NCBI GenBank assembly: GCA_963716395.1
Contig: OY970309.1
Location: 640,001-704,000, forward strand
Source: an uncultured Fibrobacteria bacterium
GTDB lineage: Bacteria > Fibrobacterota > Fibrobacteria > UBA11236
Direction of reading: 5' to 3'
DNA: 64,000 bases
This document shows positions 49,022 through 60,468 of the stretch, piece by piece. A program made the translations under genes and the position numbers. The first letter of the stretch is position 1, and every line of letters starts with the position of its first letter. The notes beneath the pieces were generated by a model. That model was not told the DNA's origin, did no database searches, and worked only from the letters and a program-made list of their open reading frames with translations.

Positions 49022-50776
49022 ATGATTCGTGTTGTTTTTGTTACCCTGGCGTGTCTCATGTTGGCGCTCGGCAAACCGGCCGCCTACGGCGGCGATCTGC
49101 GTTTCTTCACCCCGACGCCGGGATATGTGCGCGTGCGGGATTTGCCCCCGGGCTTCCGGGGACGGGTGGTCCGCATCGACTTCGACATCAAAGACGCTTT
49201 CGAAGGCGCCGCCGTGCACAGCGAGGCCGAACGGTCGCTGTACGCATGGGGCGACAAGCTGCACATCAAAACCCGCCCGTCCACCTTGCGACGCCGGCTG
49301 CTGTTCCGCGTGGGCGACACCGTCACCGACGACCTGCTGCGCGAAACCCAGAAGCGCCTGCGCGACGAACAGTTCCTCGCTGACGCGATTATCGAGGTCA
49401 AGCCGCTGGCTGATTCCGGCCTGGCGGTGAAGGTGACGACCTACGATCAATGGACCACGGTGCCGGCGTTCTCGGTAAGCCGCGACGGCGGGAAATGGAT
49501 TTGGTGGGTCGGCCCGGTGGAAAGCAATTTGCTCGGCACGGGGCAACAGGTGGGCTTCTATATCGGCCACGATTTGGAGCGCGACAGCCGCTTGTTCGAA
49601 TTCAACAATACCGCCTTCACGCCCTTGCGGCTCCAGCTCTCCACCCAATACTCCTGGCTTTCCGACGGCTATTCGTATGCGGTGTCGGTGGCGAAGCCGC
49701 TGCTGGCGCGCACCGACCAATGGGCCTTTTCGCTTTCGACCGACGGCATTGAATCGGCGCAAAACCTCTATCTCAGCGGCAATGATTTGGATCGGCTGCA
49801 AGACCAGGGCCGACTGCCCGATTCGGAGCAATCCCGTCTGGGCGTCACCAATTTGCTGGGGCAATGGACGCGGGTCGACACGCATCACGCCTACGCCGGC
49901 GTCACCCGCTCGTTCGGCTACGATTTGAAATCCTCCATCACGCCTTTTTACCAACGCGAGGATCGCTACCTGCACGGCGGCATTTTCGACATCGCCGACA
50001 CCGTGATCTGGCACGCTCTGGGCCGTCCCTTCGCAGCGCCGGGCTTCGATGCGCGCCATGACGAATTGCTGGGGGTCAGCCTCAGCCTGTATGAATACGC
50101 CTACAAAACCGTCTACAACTTCGAGAATTTGAAATGGGGCGAAAATCTCGAAACCGGCTGGCGTCTGTCGTCGTCGGTGGCCAAGAATCAAACCGCACTG
50201 GGCGCCACCAATCCCGATTGGCAATTCACCCATACGGCGGTGTATAACGACACCTGGCTCAACGCTCTCTTTCTCAACAGCAATGCCAGCGTGAGCTATT
50301 TCCTGTCTCCGCAGGGCGATGTGGACAACGGCTCCACCGCCTCCTACGCCGAGTTCCAATGGAAACCCGTCGCGCTCACGGCTTCGGTGGCCACCGCGCA
50401 ATTCAACGATCTCTTTGCGACCACGGCCAGCCAGCAGCTTTATCTCGGCGAAGAGGCCGGCTTGAACGGCTTTCCCAACTTCTACTACGCGGGCAAAGCC
50501 ACGGTGCTGTTCACCGCCGAGCAACGCCTGTTTCCGCCCTTTGAACTCGGCACCGTCGTGCCCGCCTTTTCCGTATTCTGCAACGCGGGTAACGCCTATG
50601 CTTCCAACGACGAGGTGGATCTGGGAAATCTGCACTATGCGCTCGGCCTCAGCCTGCTGCTGGGCGCCACCCGCTCGGTGCAAAAAGTGGTGAACCACAT
50701 CAATGTGACCTTTCCGCTCGGCGAGAAAAACCTCAGCACCTTGACCTGGGGAATACGCGCCTCAAAAAGCTTGTAA
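49022..50776 (+). CDS. Omp85/BamA-like outer membrane protein with a POTRA domain
   Basis: LHIKTRPSTLRRRLLFRVGD...ETQKRLR, ESNLLGTGQ, LYLGEEAGLNGF...TAEQR. Confidence 0.75.
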   Translation: MIRVVFVTLACLMLALGKPAAYGGDLRFFTPTPGYVRVRDLPPGFRGRVVRIDFDIKDAFEGAAVHSEAERSLYAWGDKLHIKTRPSTLRRRLLFRVGDTVTDDLLRETQKRLRDEQFLADAIIEVKPLADSGLAVKVTTYDQWTTVPAFSVSRDGGKWIWWVGPVESNLLGTGQQVGFYIGHDLERDSRLFEFNNTAFTPLRLQLSTQYSWLSDGYSYAVSVAKPLLARTDQWAFSLSTDGIESAQNLYLSGNDLDRLQDQGRLPDSEQSRLGVTNLLGQWTRVDTHHAYAGVTRSFGYDLKSSITPFYQREDRYLHGGIFDIADTVIWHALGRPFAAPGFDARHDELLGVSLSLYEYAYKTVYNFENLKWGENLETGWRLSSSVAKNQTALGATNPDWQFTHTAVYNDTWLNALFLNSNASVSYFLSPQGDVDNGSTASYAEFQWKPVALTASVATAQFNDLFATTASQQLYLGEEAGLNGFPNFYYAGKATVLFTAEQRLFPPFELGTVVPAFSVFCNAGNAYASNDEVDLGNLHYALGLSLLLGATRSVQKVVNHINVTFPLGEKNLSTLTWGIRASKSL

Positions 50777-50856
50777 AGCCGGCCCTCGGTTCCGTGTAAA
50801 TTACGCGGCGGAAGGAGTTCGCGGCCGTTCTGGTTCCCCGGGACGAATGATTTCTC

Positions 50857-52299
50857 ATGTCGGCTAAAAAACTCGCCAAGTACCTGGCCTTTCTCTCCGA
50901 TCTGGCCGCCATCAATTTGGCCCTGGCCGGCATCTTTTGGCTGCGCTATCGCAGCGGTTTTTTCCCGGCCACCTATGATCCGTTCAAAAGCTTCGCCGAA
51001 TTCACCCAACCCGCGTTTTTGCTGAGCCTGGGCGGCATCGCCTACTTCTTCTTCTCCGGGCTTTACCGCGACTGGTCGCTGCATTCGCGCGCCCTGCAAA
51101 TGGCGGTGGTTTCGAAAGAAGTCACCTTGTTCTGCCTGCTGGTATTGGCCGTGACCACAGGATCGGATGTGCTCGAAGCCTGGAGCCGGCACCGTCTCTC
51201 CCAGGTGCTCACAGCCACGCGCCTCTTCAGCATGCTCAGTTATTGGGTCACCTTTCTGGTTGCCGTGAACGGCCTGCGGCTCCTGACCCAAATTTTCGTG
51301 CGCTCTTGGTTACGCCGGGGCGTGGGTCAGGAAGGCCTGTTCATACTGGGCGCCACCGAGGCCGGACAACGCATCGGTCAAGAACTGGAATCGGCCCCCG
51401 AACTCGGCTGGAAGGTCGAGGGTTTCCTGGACGAAAACCCGGCCCTGCGCGGGCAAAGTTTCGGCCGGGCCACCGTGTTGGGAAAATACGCCGAGTTGCC
51501 GACGCTGATTCGCGCGCGGCGCGCCGGCGGCCTCATCATCAGCCATGAATCCTCTTCGCACAATGAAATCCTGCGCATTCTCTCCTATGCCGCGGAATTC
51601 CCGGTGACCATTTTCATCGTGCCGGATTTGTACGACGCGGCGGCCGGCCATTTCAAAACCAATGCGGTGCACGGCATCGCGCTCAAGGAGCTGTTTCCCG
51701 AACACATGCCGTCCTGGGAGGCCGATCTCAAGCGCCTCATCGACCTCGGAGCTGCGGCGCTGGGGCTGCTGGTCGGCGGGCCGTGGCTGCTGTTGATCGG
51801 CGCGCTGGTGCGGCTGGATTCTCCCGGCCCGGCCCTGTATGCGCAGGAGCGCATCGGGCAATACGGCCGCCGCTTCCGGCTCTACAAATTCCGCACCATG
51901 CGCACCGACGCCGAAAAAACCGGGCCGCAATGGGCGGCTGCGAACGATCCGCGCATTACCCGCCTGGGCCGCTTCTTGCGCCGCATGCGACTCGACGAGT
52001 TACCCCAGTTGTGGAACATTTTAAAAGGCGACATGAGCCTGGTGGGTCCGCGGCCCGAGCGCGAACATTTCATCCAGCAATTGCGCAACGAAGTGCCGTT
52101 GTACCTGCGCCGGCTCAAAATGAAGCCCGGGTTGACCGGCTGGGCCCAGGTCAAGCACCATTACGACGCCAGCCTCGAAGACGTGAAAACCAAGGTGTTG
52201 TTCGACCTCTGGTATTTCGAGAACATGTCGGTGCCGCTGGATTTGTCCATCATTTTGCGCACCGTTTGGGTGGTGCTGCTGGGCAAAGGCGCGCGCTGA
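50857..52299 (+). CDS. Polyprenyl glycosylphosphotransferase (EPS priming sugar transferase)
   Basis: YKFRTM, DELPQLWNILKGDMSLVGPRPE, KPGLTGWAQV. Confidence 0.93.
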   Translation: MSAKKLAKYLAFLSDLAAINLALAGIFWLRYRSGFFPATYDPFKSFAEFTQPAFLLSLGGIAYFFFSGLYRDWSLHSRALQMAVVSKEVTLFCLLVLAVTTGSDVLEAWSRHRLSQVLTATRLFSMLSYWVTFLVAVNGLRLLTQIFVRSWLRRGVGQEGLFILGATEAGQRIGQELESAPELGWKVEGFLDENPALRGQSFGRATVLGKYAELPTLIRARRAGGLIISHESSSHNEILRILSYAAEFPVTIFIVPDLYDAAAGHFKTNAVHGIALKELFPEHMPSWEADLKRLIDLGAAALGLLVGGPWLLLIGALVRLDSPGPALYAQERIGQYGRRFRLYKFRTMRTDAEKTGPQWAAANDPRITRLGRFLRRMRLDELPQLWNILKGDMSLVGPRPEREHFIQQLRNEVPLYLRRLKMKPGLTGWAQVKHHYDASLEDVKTKVLFDLWYFENMSVPLDLSIILRTVWVVLLGKGAR

Positions 52300-52315
52300 T
52301 TTTAAGATGTGACTT

Positions 52316-53275
52316 TTATTTCGATTTGAATTCATCGGGCGGAATTTCGGGTGCCGTGGCCTCCGCGACCGGCCGGGTTTCGGGCGCCGCGGCTCCGGGC
52401 GCACGTCGAACGTCAAAGACCTCCGCTTTCGCCCCCGGATCGCGGGCTTTAACCAGGTCGCGCAAAGCGCGTACCTGTCCCCGCACAAAGGGAGGCAATT
52501 CGTCCTGACGGGGTTTGCCCGGCAGAGCCGCGCTTTCGGCCCGGTCGATGTGTTCCGGCGACCAGGCCCAGAGCAACAGGCATAACGCTTCCAGTTTGCG
52601 CCGGAACGGAGACCGCGCCAGGGGCACGTCCCACTCCGTCCACCCGTTTTTCCTGGCCACCCGCCGCAGCCGTCGGGTGGGGCGCACGCAAACCGGAAAA
52701 CGCACGAAGCGCAAGAGGGGCAAGTCGTGATGGTGATCAGAATAGGCAAAGTCCGGCCGCCCCGCTTCGGTCCAGCCGCCGGCGCGCAGACGCTCGACCT
52801 TGTTTTGACCGCGCAAATTGCCGCCGCGATAGCGCGGCAGACCCAAGCCACCACGCCGCCATTCGAGTTCGGTTCCCAGCACCGAACAGGGCGGCAGAAT
52901 CCCTTGGATATGCTTGAGGTAAAAGATGGCGCTGGCCGAAATCACCACCACTTCGTGGCCGAGATAATGGTGGGTCCACAGGCGCTCCAGTACCGGACGG
53001 GAAAGGCGGAAGGCCAAATCTTCGCGCGCAAAGGCCGCCGCCAACGCCTCAAGCCGCGCCGGATCCTCGAAGGACATGGGCCAAAAAAAAATGCGCTTCA
53101 AGGTGTGGCTGCTCAAGAATCGCAGGGCGAACAGCGCCATGCCGATCCCATTGGCGATTTGAAACCAGCGGCGGCCGGGCCGCCGGCGGTAATAGAAGCG
53201 CAGCCAGTAAAGAATGCTGTCGCCCTCTATCAAGGTGCCGTCGAAGTCGAAAAAAGCTCCGACCGAATCCGCCAT
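52316..53275 (-). CDS. HAD-IB family hydrolase
   Basis: FFDFDGTL, VVISAS, GQNKV, AYSDHHHDLPLL. Confidence 0.85.
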   Translation of the reverse strand: MADSVGAFFDFDGTLIEGDSILYWLRFYYRRRPGRRWFQIANGIGMALFALRFLSSHTLKRIFFWPMSFEDPARLEALAAAFAREDLAFRLSRPVLERLWTHHYLGHEVVVISASAIFYLKHIQGILPPCSVLGTELEWRRGGLGLPRYRGGNLRGQNKVERLRAGGWTEAGRPDFAYSDHHHDLPLLRFVRFPVCVRPTRRLRRVARKNGWTEWDVPLARSPFRRKLEALCLLLWAWSPEHIDRAESAALPGKPRQDELPPFVRGQVRALRDLVKARDPGAKAEVFDVRRAPGAAAPETRPVAEATAPEIPPDEFKSK

Positions 53276-53350
53276 GGTGCAATAGTAGCAGCCGCGCGAC
53301 AGACGGCGTCGATTTCGGGCCGGACCGGAGCAAATTCTATTTTCGACGCG

Positions 53351-55228
53351 ATGGCGAACGAGACCGCAGTAGAGGCGCTGCTCCGACGCGCCGAAGCGGT
53401 ATGCGCCGCGTCGGCGGCGCTGCGTTGCCTGCGTGATGACGCGGACCGCTGGCAAGCCGCCTGCGCAGCCTCCCGCCCGCTCGATCCTGCCGAACAGATC
53501 GCCCTCGAAACCCAGGGGAATTACTGCGAAGCCTGGGACCAGGTGCGCGTGATCGGCCGCGGGGACCTCGAAGCTGTGCGTCAAAACCGCTTCGAAGGCC
53601 CGGTGGTTCTGCGCCTGGGCGGCGGCGCTCCCCGGCTTTGGCGCAGCCGCTTGCGCCATGCCTCGGTGGGCGCGGCCGTGATCGAAGACACGACGCTGGC
53701 CGAACGGGTGTGGGTGGAAGATACGGCGTGCATCCGACGTGTTACGGAAATCACGGGAACACCCGGATCGCGGTTTTGCCTGGGCGTTGCTTTGCACCCG
53801 GGCAGCGAAACCGGCGCCCGCAGCATCTGGCTGTGGGATGGCTGGAGCCTGGAAGACTGCGCCGCCATGGTTGCGCTGACCTCCGCCGAGCAAGCGAGGC
53901 TGCACCAGGTGTTGGCCGGCAAACTCGATAATCTGGGCGCCGGCTTCAGTTGGATCGGCCCGGGCGCCCTCGTGGAGTCCTCGGGCCTGGTGACGGATTG
54001 CTTTCTCGGCCCCGGCGCGACGATTCGCGGCGCTGCACGCATGACGCGCTGCATTTTCGACTCCACCGTCGCGGCGCCGTCCCGCGCCGGCTCCGCCGTG
54101 CTGGCCGAAGACGTGGTACTAGCTCCCGGCGCCTGGCTGGATTCGGGCGCGCAGGCCGTGCGCGGGCTGTTGCTCCCCGTTGCGGCGCTGGAACGGGGCG
54201 CACATTTGCAAGATGCCGTGCTCGGTCCCTGCACCCGCGCCGCCCAAGGCGAAATCACGGCCTCGCTGGTGGGCCCGCTGGTCGGGTTTCACCATTCTTC
54301 CCTGCTCATCGGGGCTTTGTGGCCGGAAGGCCGGGGCAATATCGGCTATGGCGCCATGCTCGGCAGTAACCATACCGGCCGCCAACCCGATCAGGAAATC
54401 CGCCCCGGCGAAGGCGGTTTTTTCGGATTGGGTTGCGCGGTGAAATTTCCGGCTGATTTTTCCCGCGCCCCGTACTCCTTATTCGCGACGGGAATCACAA
54501 CGGCGCCGCAACGTCTGACCTTTCCCTTCTCCCTGATCGCGGCGCCCACGGCCTTGGCGCCGGCCGACGCCGCGGACCGCAACGAAATTTTTCCCGGGTG
54601 GATGTGGTCGGACAATCTTTACGCCTTGCTGCGCAACGCCTATAAATTCGCCGACCGCAATCCGGCGGGACTGGGATTGGCGGCCGAAGACTTGGTCCCC
54701 GAAACTTCGCCGCTGGCCGGAACCTTTTTGGCCGCCGCTATGTTCGCTCCGCGCATCGCCCAAAACGTGCGAGCCGCCTGGGCGGTTTTGCGCCGAGCCG
54801 AACCGGGAAATTCCAAAACCTGGTATTCCGAAAACGACCTTCCGGGACTGGGTCGGAATTGGATGCGGGCCGAACGCCTTCCCAGGGCGATGGCCGCCTA
54901 CGCAGAATATTTGCAAGCCGCCTTTTGCCGGAACCTGCTTTGGCCGGCGGAACCATCGCACACGGCCTGGGCCGGCTGGGACGATTTCGTTCCGAACGCT
55001 TTTGCTCCCGAAAGCCTGTTCGCAGCATTGCAACGTGGGGCGAAAAACTCTTTGCGCAAAGATGCGCAGAGGGGCGAAAAAATTTTCGACGACTACGCCG
55101 AATTTCATGCGGTGCCAGAAACCGATCCCGTATGCCTGCGGCTACGGCGGGATTGCCATCGCCTTCTCCCCATTCTCAGATCGCGCCTCGACGCACTTCC
55201 GCACCGCCCCGATACTCCGTCGGTTTGA
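53351..55228 (+). CDS. DUF4954 family protein (beta-helix)
   Basis: GEITASLVGPLVGFHHSSLLIGALWPEGRGNIGYGA.LGSNHTGR.PDQE..PGEG.FFGLG. Confidence 0.75.
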   Translation: MANETAVEALLRRAEAVCAASAALRCLRDDADRWQAACAASRPLDPAEQIALETQGNYCEAWDQVRVIGRGDLEAVRQNRFEGPVVLRLGGGAPRLWRSRLRHASVGAAVIEDTTLAERVWVEDTACIRRVTEITGTPGSRFCLGVALHPGSETGARSIWLWDGWSLEDCAAMVALTSAEQARLHQVLAGKLDNLGAGFSWIGPGALVESSGLVTDCFLGPGATIRGAARMTRCIFDSTVAAPSRAGSAVLAEDVVLAPGAWLDSGAQAVRGLLLPVAALERGAHLQDAVLGPCTRAAQGEITASLVGPLVGFHHSSLLIGALWPEGRGNIGYGAMLGSNHTGRQPDQEIRPGEGGFFGLGCAVKFPADFSRAPYSLFATGITTAPQRLTFPFSLIAAPTALAPADAADRNEIFPGWMWSDNLYALLRNAYKFADRNPAGLGLAAEDLVPETSPLAGTFLAAAMFAPRIAQNVRAAWAVLRRAEPGNSKTWYSENDLPGLGRNWMRAERLPRAMAAYAEYLQAAFCRNLLWPAEPSHTAWAGWDDFVPNAFAPESLFAALQRGAKNSLRKDAQRGEKIFDDYAEFHAVPETDPVCLRLRRDCHRLLPILRSRLDALPHRPDTPSV

Positions 55229-55467
55229 TTTGCGTTTTTAGTTTTCGCCAAGGTTGAAGCCACAGCCTTGCTCACTCGATTCCGGATACGCGACGACACC
55301 CTTCATCGCGCCATCAGGCCGGTGGCCGGCAACGGGTTGGGAGAAGATGAAGGGAATGGATGGCAACTGTCATACTCTTTGTTCCAATTTGTCAAACGTT
55401 CCGGGTAATCTTCGACCCGTTCTTCCCGTTTCACACAAAACCGCTGCAAGTATCTGGAACAGGCCGA

Positions 55468-55483
55468 TGGATTCGAAATTGCT
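55468..55483 (+). promoter_or_regulatory. Putative sigma-54 promoter
   Basis: TGGATTCGAAATTGCT (GG-N10-GC) about 27 nt before ATG 55510. Confidence 0.5.
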
Positions 55484-55509
55484 GATAAGGCATTGGGAGG
55501 GCAGTGAAT

Positions 55510-56991
55510 ATGCAATGGTCTGATTACAATCCCGAAGGGTTTTACGACGAATTGTTCGAAGGCGCGGGCAAACCCCGAACTTTGGCAGAATTGCTGATGC
55601 GCAATCTGGAGAACATGCCCGAAGGTGAGCTGTTGCGCCGGCAACAAGCCGCGGAAAAAGCCTTTTTCGATCTCGGTATCACCTTCAATGTGTATAACAG
55701 CCCTTCGGGGGTGGAGCGGATTTTTCCCTTTGACATCTTGCCGCGCATCATCAACGCGGTGGAATGGAATTTCATCGAAAGGGGATTGCGGCAGAGAATA
55801 CATGCCTTGAACCTTTTTCTTGATGACGTGTATCACGATCAGAACATCGTCAAAGACGGCGTGATTCCGGCCGAAATTCTGCTGTCGGCCACGGGCTACC
55901 GCAAGGCCTGCCGCGGCTTGAACCCGCCCCGGGGCGTGTGGTGTCATATCACCGGCACCGATTTAGTCAAAGACGCCGACGGCAAGCTGTATGTGCTTGA
56001 AGACAATTTGCGCTGCCCTTCCGGAGTTTCCTACGTCCTCGGCAACCGCCAAGTCATGAAACGCACCTTTCCCCAAATCTTCGAAGCCGTCAGCCCCAGG
56101 CCGGTCGACGATTATCCCGGACAATTGCTCGACATGCTGCAATTTCTGCATTCACGGCCGGGCACCCCCAGCGTGGCGCTCTTGACGCCGGGCATCTACA
56201 ACGCGGCCTATTTCGAGCATTCGTATTTGGCCCAGCAAATGGGCGTCGAGTTGGTGACCGGCAGCGACCTCGTGGTACGCGACGGCTGGCTGTACATGCG
56301 CACCACCCATGGCTTCAAGCGCATCGATGTGCTCTACCGCCGCATCGACGACGATTTTCTCGACCCACGCGCCTTTCGTTCCGATTCGCTGTTGGGCGTG
56401 CCGGGCCTGCTCGACGTGTACCGCTCCGGCCGCGTGGCCATCGCCAATGCGCCGGGAACGGGCGTGGCCGACGACAAGGTCATCTACGCCTATGTTCCCA
56501 AAATCATCTCGTATTACCTGGGCGAAGAAATCATGTTGCCCAATGTCGAAACCTATCTGTGTTCGATTCCCGAAGAGCGGGCCTATGTCTTGGAGCACAT
56601 GGCGGAATTGGTAATCAAAACCGCCAACGATTCGGGCGGATATGGCGTGCTCATCGGACCGCATACCCCGGCCGAGAAACTGCGCGAATGGGCGGGGCGC
56701 ATCACGGAAAACCCACGCAACTACATCGCCCAGCGCACCCTGTCGTTGTCGCGCGCGCCGGTGATCGTAGGCGACCGCTGCGAAGGCCGGCATGTGGATT
56801 TGCGGCCCTTCGTGCTGTACGGCCGCGACATCTACGTGATGCCCGGCGGCCTCACGCGCGTCGCCCTGAAAAAAGGATCCTTGGTGGTAAACTCGTCGCA
56901 GGGCGGCGGCAGCAAAGACACCTGGGTGTTGCCGACGTCGGCGGTTCCGCCGGCGGTGGAAGTCGGACTCGCGGCGGCGGCGGCATGCTGA
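55510..56991 (+). CDS. Circularly permuted type 2 ATP-grasp protein
   Basis: [64 protein letters not shown]. Confidence 0.95.
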   Translation: MQWSDYNPEGFYDELFEGAGKPRTLAELLMRNLENMPEGELLRRQQAAEKAFFDLGITFNVYNSPSGVERIFPFDILPRIINAVEWNFIERGLRQRIHALNLFLDDVYHDQNIVKDGVIPAEILLSATGYRKACRGLNPPRGVWCHITGTDLVKDADGKLYVLEDNLRCPSGVSYVLGNRQVMKRTFPQIFEAVSPRPVDDYPGQLLDMLQFLHSRPGTPSVALLTPGIYNAAYFEHSYLAQQMGVELVTGSDLVVRDGWLYMRTTHGFKRIDVLYRRIDDDFLDPRAFRSDSLLGVPGLLDVYRSGRVAIANAPGTGVADDKVIYAYVPKIISYYLGEEIMLPNVETYLCSIPEERAYVLEHMAELVIKTANDSGGYGVLIGPHTPAEKLREWAGRITENPRNYIAQRTLSLSRAPVIVGDRCEGRHVDLRPFVLYGRDIYVMPGGLTRVALKKGSLVVNSSQGGGSKDTWVLPTSAVPPAVEVGLAAAAAC

Positions 56992-57974
56992 GTCGCGTCG
57001 CGGAATCGGTGTACTGGATGGCCCGGTACATCGAACGGGCCGAAAGCGTGGCGCGCTCGGTCGACGTGAATCTGCACGCCTCGCTCGACACGCCGGGCGC
57101 GCTGCGCGGGCAGTGGGAACCGCTGGTGGCGGCGGCCGGAGACCAGGCGCTCTTTCGCGAGCGCTACGGCGAAGTCATTCACAGCGATGTCGAGAGGCGC
57201 GAAGCCATTCTGCGCTTTCTCACCTTCGATGTGAACTATCCCAACTCGATCCTGTCGAGTTGGAGCCGGGCGCGCGAGAACGCCCGCCAGGTGCGGGGCT
57301 GCCTGACGCTCGAAGCCTGGGAACATCTGAACAAGTTTTACAACTGGTTGCACTCTTCCGAAGCGCACAAACGCGCCGAGGAATCTCCGCATGATTTCTA
57401 CAGCGAAATCCGCCAGGCCAGCTACCTGTTCGAAGGTATTCTGGAAACCACCATGTCGCGCGGCGAAGAGTGGCACTTTCTCAAGCTGGGCCGCTATCTG
57501 GAACGCGCCAACCAGACCTCGCGCATTCTCGACGTCAAGTATTTCATTTTGCTGCCCGACCCGGCGGACGTGGGATCCGTGGTCGACGACATTCTTTGGG
57601 CCGCGCTTTTGCACTCGGTGAGCGGCTACGAAATGTTCCGCCGCCGGCATGGGCGCATCGACCCCGAAAAGGTGGTTGACTTTCTGGTGCTCGACCGGGA
57701 ATTTCCCCGCGCCGTGCTCTTTTGCCTGCTGCGCGCCGAAGAATCGCTGCTGGCGATTTCCGGCACGCCCATGGGTTCATTCCGCAACTCCGCGGAAAAG
57801 CAGTTGAGCCGCCTGCGCGCGCATATCGCCTATTCCAATGTCGAGGAAATCATCGCCGGCGGGTTGCACGAATTTCTCGACGATTTGCAAACCGGCTTGA
57901 ACCGGGCCGGAGACAGCGTATTTGAAACCTTCTTCGCGCTGGAATCCCCGATGTTGGCACACTTGCAGCAATAA
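56985..57974 (+). CDS. Alpha-E domain protein
   Basis: [42 protein letters not shown]. Confidence 0.93.
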   Translation: MLSRVAESVYWMARYIERAESVARSVDVNLHASLDTPGALRGQWEPLVAAAGDQALFRERYGEVIHSDVERREAILRFLTFDVNYPNSILSSWSRARENARQVRGCLTLEAWEHLNKFYNWLHSSEAHKRAEESPHDFYSEIRQASYLFEGILETTMSRGEEWHFLKLGRYLERANQTSRILDVKYFILLPDPADVGSVVDDILWAALLHSVSGYEMFRRRHGRIDPEKVVDFLVLDREFPRAVLFCLLRAEESLLAISGTPMGSFRNSAEKQLSRLRAHIAYSNVEEIIAGGLHEFLDDLQTGLNRAGDSVFETFFALESPMLAHLQQ

Positions 57975-58044
57975 GGGCTCGGCTGGACCCGTCCCGCGCA
58001 TTGCCATGGCCGCAGGCCCGGAGCTACTATTGCTTTTCCCTTGG

Positions 58045-58121
58045 GGCGGGTTAGCTCAGTTGGTTAGAGCAGCGGAATCATAATCCGTTTGTCCGGGGTT
58101 CAAATCCCTGACCCGCTACCA
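58045..58121 (+). tRNA. tRNA-Met(CAT), elongator-like
   Basis: Acceptor GGCGGGT/ACCCGCT, anticodon arm GCGGA-ATCATAA-TCCGT, CCA end. Confidence 0.93.
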
Positions 58122-58546
58122 GCATTCTGCATTTGATGTCCCAAACCGTTGATTTCGAGGCTAACCCCGAAATCTGTCTCAAACCTTTCTCTCCTTCCAG
58201 ATCACCGCGTTCTGCTTAAAAGCGGGATCGTCACATGGATGTAACCTCCTGGGAGTGATCTTTTTCGCGTTGCCCTTCTCCGTCCGCTTCGGTCACTGCG
58301 GCAGGCAAAATCGCCCCTTTCCCAATCCGCTTTCGGGAAGCCCCGTCGAGCAAAGCGATGCCAAAATCCGAATTCGGACCCTGGGGGAATTCGTACTTCA
58401 AAACGCTCGGACGCCTTACTGAAACCATATTTTTTATTGCTCGTTTGAATGAAACGATGTGCTTATAATCCATAATTTACGGGCTTAAAATCAATACCCC
58501 CGCTATTTTTGGATCATTCAGTTTCAAAATAAGCGGGGAGATATTG

Positions 58547-60403
58547 ATGAGTCTTGTACGCAGGCCGAAACTTGGGATGGTGGTGGGTGTGTTGTTGGCG
58601 ACACAAGCGCCGTGGTTGATGGCCGCCGCCCAAAGCGACGCCTATTTGAATCTTGGGCCGCATCCGGGTTTTACCATCAGTACTATTCCGGCCCTGGGAA
58701 ATGTCAGCACCATGGGGTTGGCGTTCTTATCCACCGGCGACATGGTATGGCTGCGCTCCCAAGATCAGTATTTCAGCCCTCCTTCACCCAACTCCCAGGC
58801 AGGGGTGTGGTTAGTGAGCAATATGGCGACCAACCCCACCATCCGGCCACTCTCCCTTCAATTCCGCGAACCCACAGGCGTCGCCGTGGGCGACAGTGAT
58901 GAAATCATGGTCGTCGATTTGGACGGGGTTTACAAAGTCACCAGCTTGAATCCCTCCAACACTTCCGCGAATAGAACCTTGGTGTTGGCGGCGCCGCCCT
59001 CCACGCCGACTCTTCCTTATCACACTTTTATTTTTTGCCCGATCTACTATGACGGCATGTATTACGCGCCGTATTCGGGAACCATGATCCCCGGCGGTTA
59101 CGCGGACGCGAATCCCAGCGGCCCCTACTCGGGTTCGGTGCTCGCCTGGAAGTCCGACGGCTCCGGAGGCTTTACCAAGTATGCCGGCGGATTGCGCTCG
59201 CCCAACGGCGGCGGGGGCGGACCCAACGGCGTGATGATGTTCACGGACAACCAGGGAAGCTGGAATCCTTCTTGCGCCTTTAACATCATCAAGCTGAACA
59301 AATTTTATGGCACGCACCAGGATGCGGGGTACACCGACAACTGGGCGGGCATCGCCAATACCGCCGGAACCCTGCCTTATCAACCGCCGGCGGCCTGGTT
59401 TCTGCAAAGCGTCGCCGTGGGTCCCACTTACGGCAACAGTCAAAGCACCGCCCAGCCGCTTTACATGGATCGCGGCCCCTACCAGGGCGATTGGATCATG
59501 GGGGATTGCAGTGAAGAGGGTATCTCGCGTGTTTCCCTGGATCCCGTGAATGGAGGCACGGGTATCTCCGCAGATTACAACGGCTCGGTGCAATGGTTCA
59601 CTTCCGGAATTTCCACCAACGGGACGATTCCATGCCCCAACCGTCTGGTTTGGGATCCCACCCACAACAACATCTACATGGGTACTTTGGGCCCTCTCGG
59701 GGAGGCGGGGGAAGCGTGGCCGGCCGCAAACTCCGCCCAGCCTTTCTATAAAATCGCTTTCAACGATTCTGTGATTAAGGCCTCCTTTGAAATCTTAAGC
59801 GTTCATTCCCGCGCCAACGGAGTGGAAGTCGTGTTTTCCCAACCCGTCTCCACGGCGTCGGCGGTAGCCGGAAGCTTCACTTTGCATGAATGGCAAATAA
59901 AACGGCAACAAGGCTATGGCGCCGGCAACAATTCCGTGACGCCGCCTGCCATTACCGGCGTGCAGCTTTCCACCGATCAGACGCGCGTATTTCTCAATAT
60001 CGGCAACCAGGCCGTCATCGACCGCGTCCTGGTAATCACCGCGGCCGGCATCCGCTCGCAGTCCGGCGGGAGTCCCTTGATTTACGACCAGACCTGGTTC
60101 ACCCATAACTACCAATCCACGGTGCCTTTCGATCCGGCTCCCACGAGCGTCGCCGATCGCGAAGTGGACAAGTTCATGCAAGATCGCGTTCAGCAGACCT
60201 TGCTGGGCGACGCAGTCAAGGTGCAGGTCGACCTGCAGGGCGCCTACACGGTGGCGCTAAGCTCTTTCAACGGGGCCCGGGTCGAGGTGAAGAACGGTTT
60301 CAATCCGAACGAATTCACCCTCCCGGCGCCGGGACGCGGCTTGTATATCCTGCAAGTTCGCCAAGGGAAACACGGCTACGTCAGGCCGGTGGCGTTCAAT
60401 TAA
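58547..60403 (+). CDS. Secreted DUF7133-like beta-propeller with an Ig-like domain and a C-terminal export tag
   Basis: Signal peptide; YAGGLRSPNG, FTDNQGSWNP, GPYQGDWIMGD, FEILSV.SR.NG.E..FSQP; ends GLYILQV. Confidence 0.7.
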   Translation: MSLVRRPKLGMVVGVLLATQAPWLMAAAQSDAYLNLGPHPGFTISTIPALGNVSTMGLAFLSTGDMVWLRSQDQYFSPPSPNSQAGVWLVSNMATNPTIRPLSLQFREPTGVAVGDSDEIMVVDLDGVYKVTSLNPSNTSANRTLVLAAPPSTPTLPYHTFIFCPIYYDGMYYAPYSGTMIPGGYADANPSGPYSGSVLAWKSDGSGGFTKYAGGLRSPNGGGGGPNGVMMFTDNQGSWNPSCAFNIIKLNKFYGTHQDAGYTDNWAGIANTAGTLPYQPPAAWFLQSVAVGPTYGNSQSTAQPLYMDRGPYQGDWIMGDCSEEGISRVSLDPVNGGTGISADYNGSVQWFTSGISTNGTIPCPNRLVWDPTHNNIYMGTLGPLGEAGEAWPAANSAQPFYKIAFNDSVIKASFEILSVHSRANGVEVVFSQPVSTASAVAGSFTLHEWQIKRQQGYGAGNNSVTPPAITGVQLSTDQTRVFLNIGNQAVIDRVLVITAAGIRSQSGGSPLIYDQTWFTHNYQSTVPFDPAPTSVADREVDKFMQDRVQQTLLGDAVKVQVDLQGAYTVALSSFNGARVEVKNGFNPNEFTLPAPGRGLYILQVRQGKHGYVRPVAFN

Positions 60404-60468
60404 CGCCGGGTTTAAACGCGCATGCGCATCACCCGGAAAGTTGAGTTTCAAATCTCAGAGTGAAGGAA

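Noticed and set aside
52727-53905. Apparent long bidirectional overlap of the 833-aa and 529-aa ORFs
   Set aside because: True starts at 53275 (-) and 53351 (+) give ordinary divergent genes.
58045-58546. tRNA-Met as an island attachment site
   Set aside because: Composition shifts downstream, but I saw no integrase or duplicated tRNA 3' end in the window.
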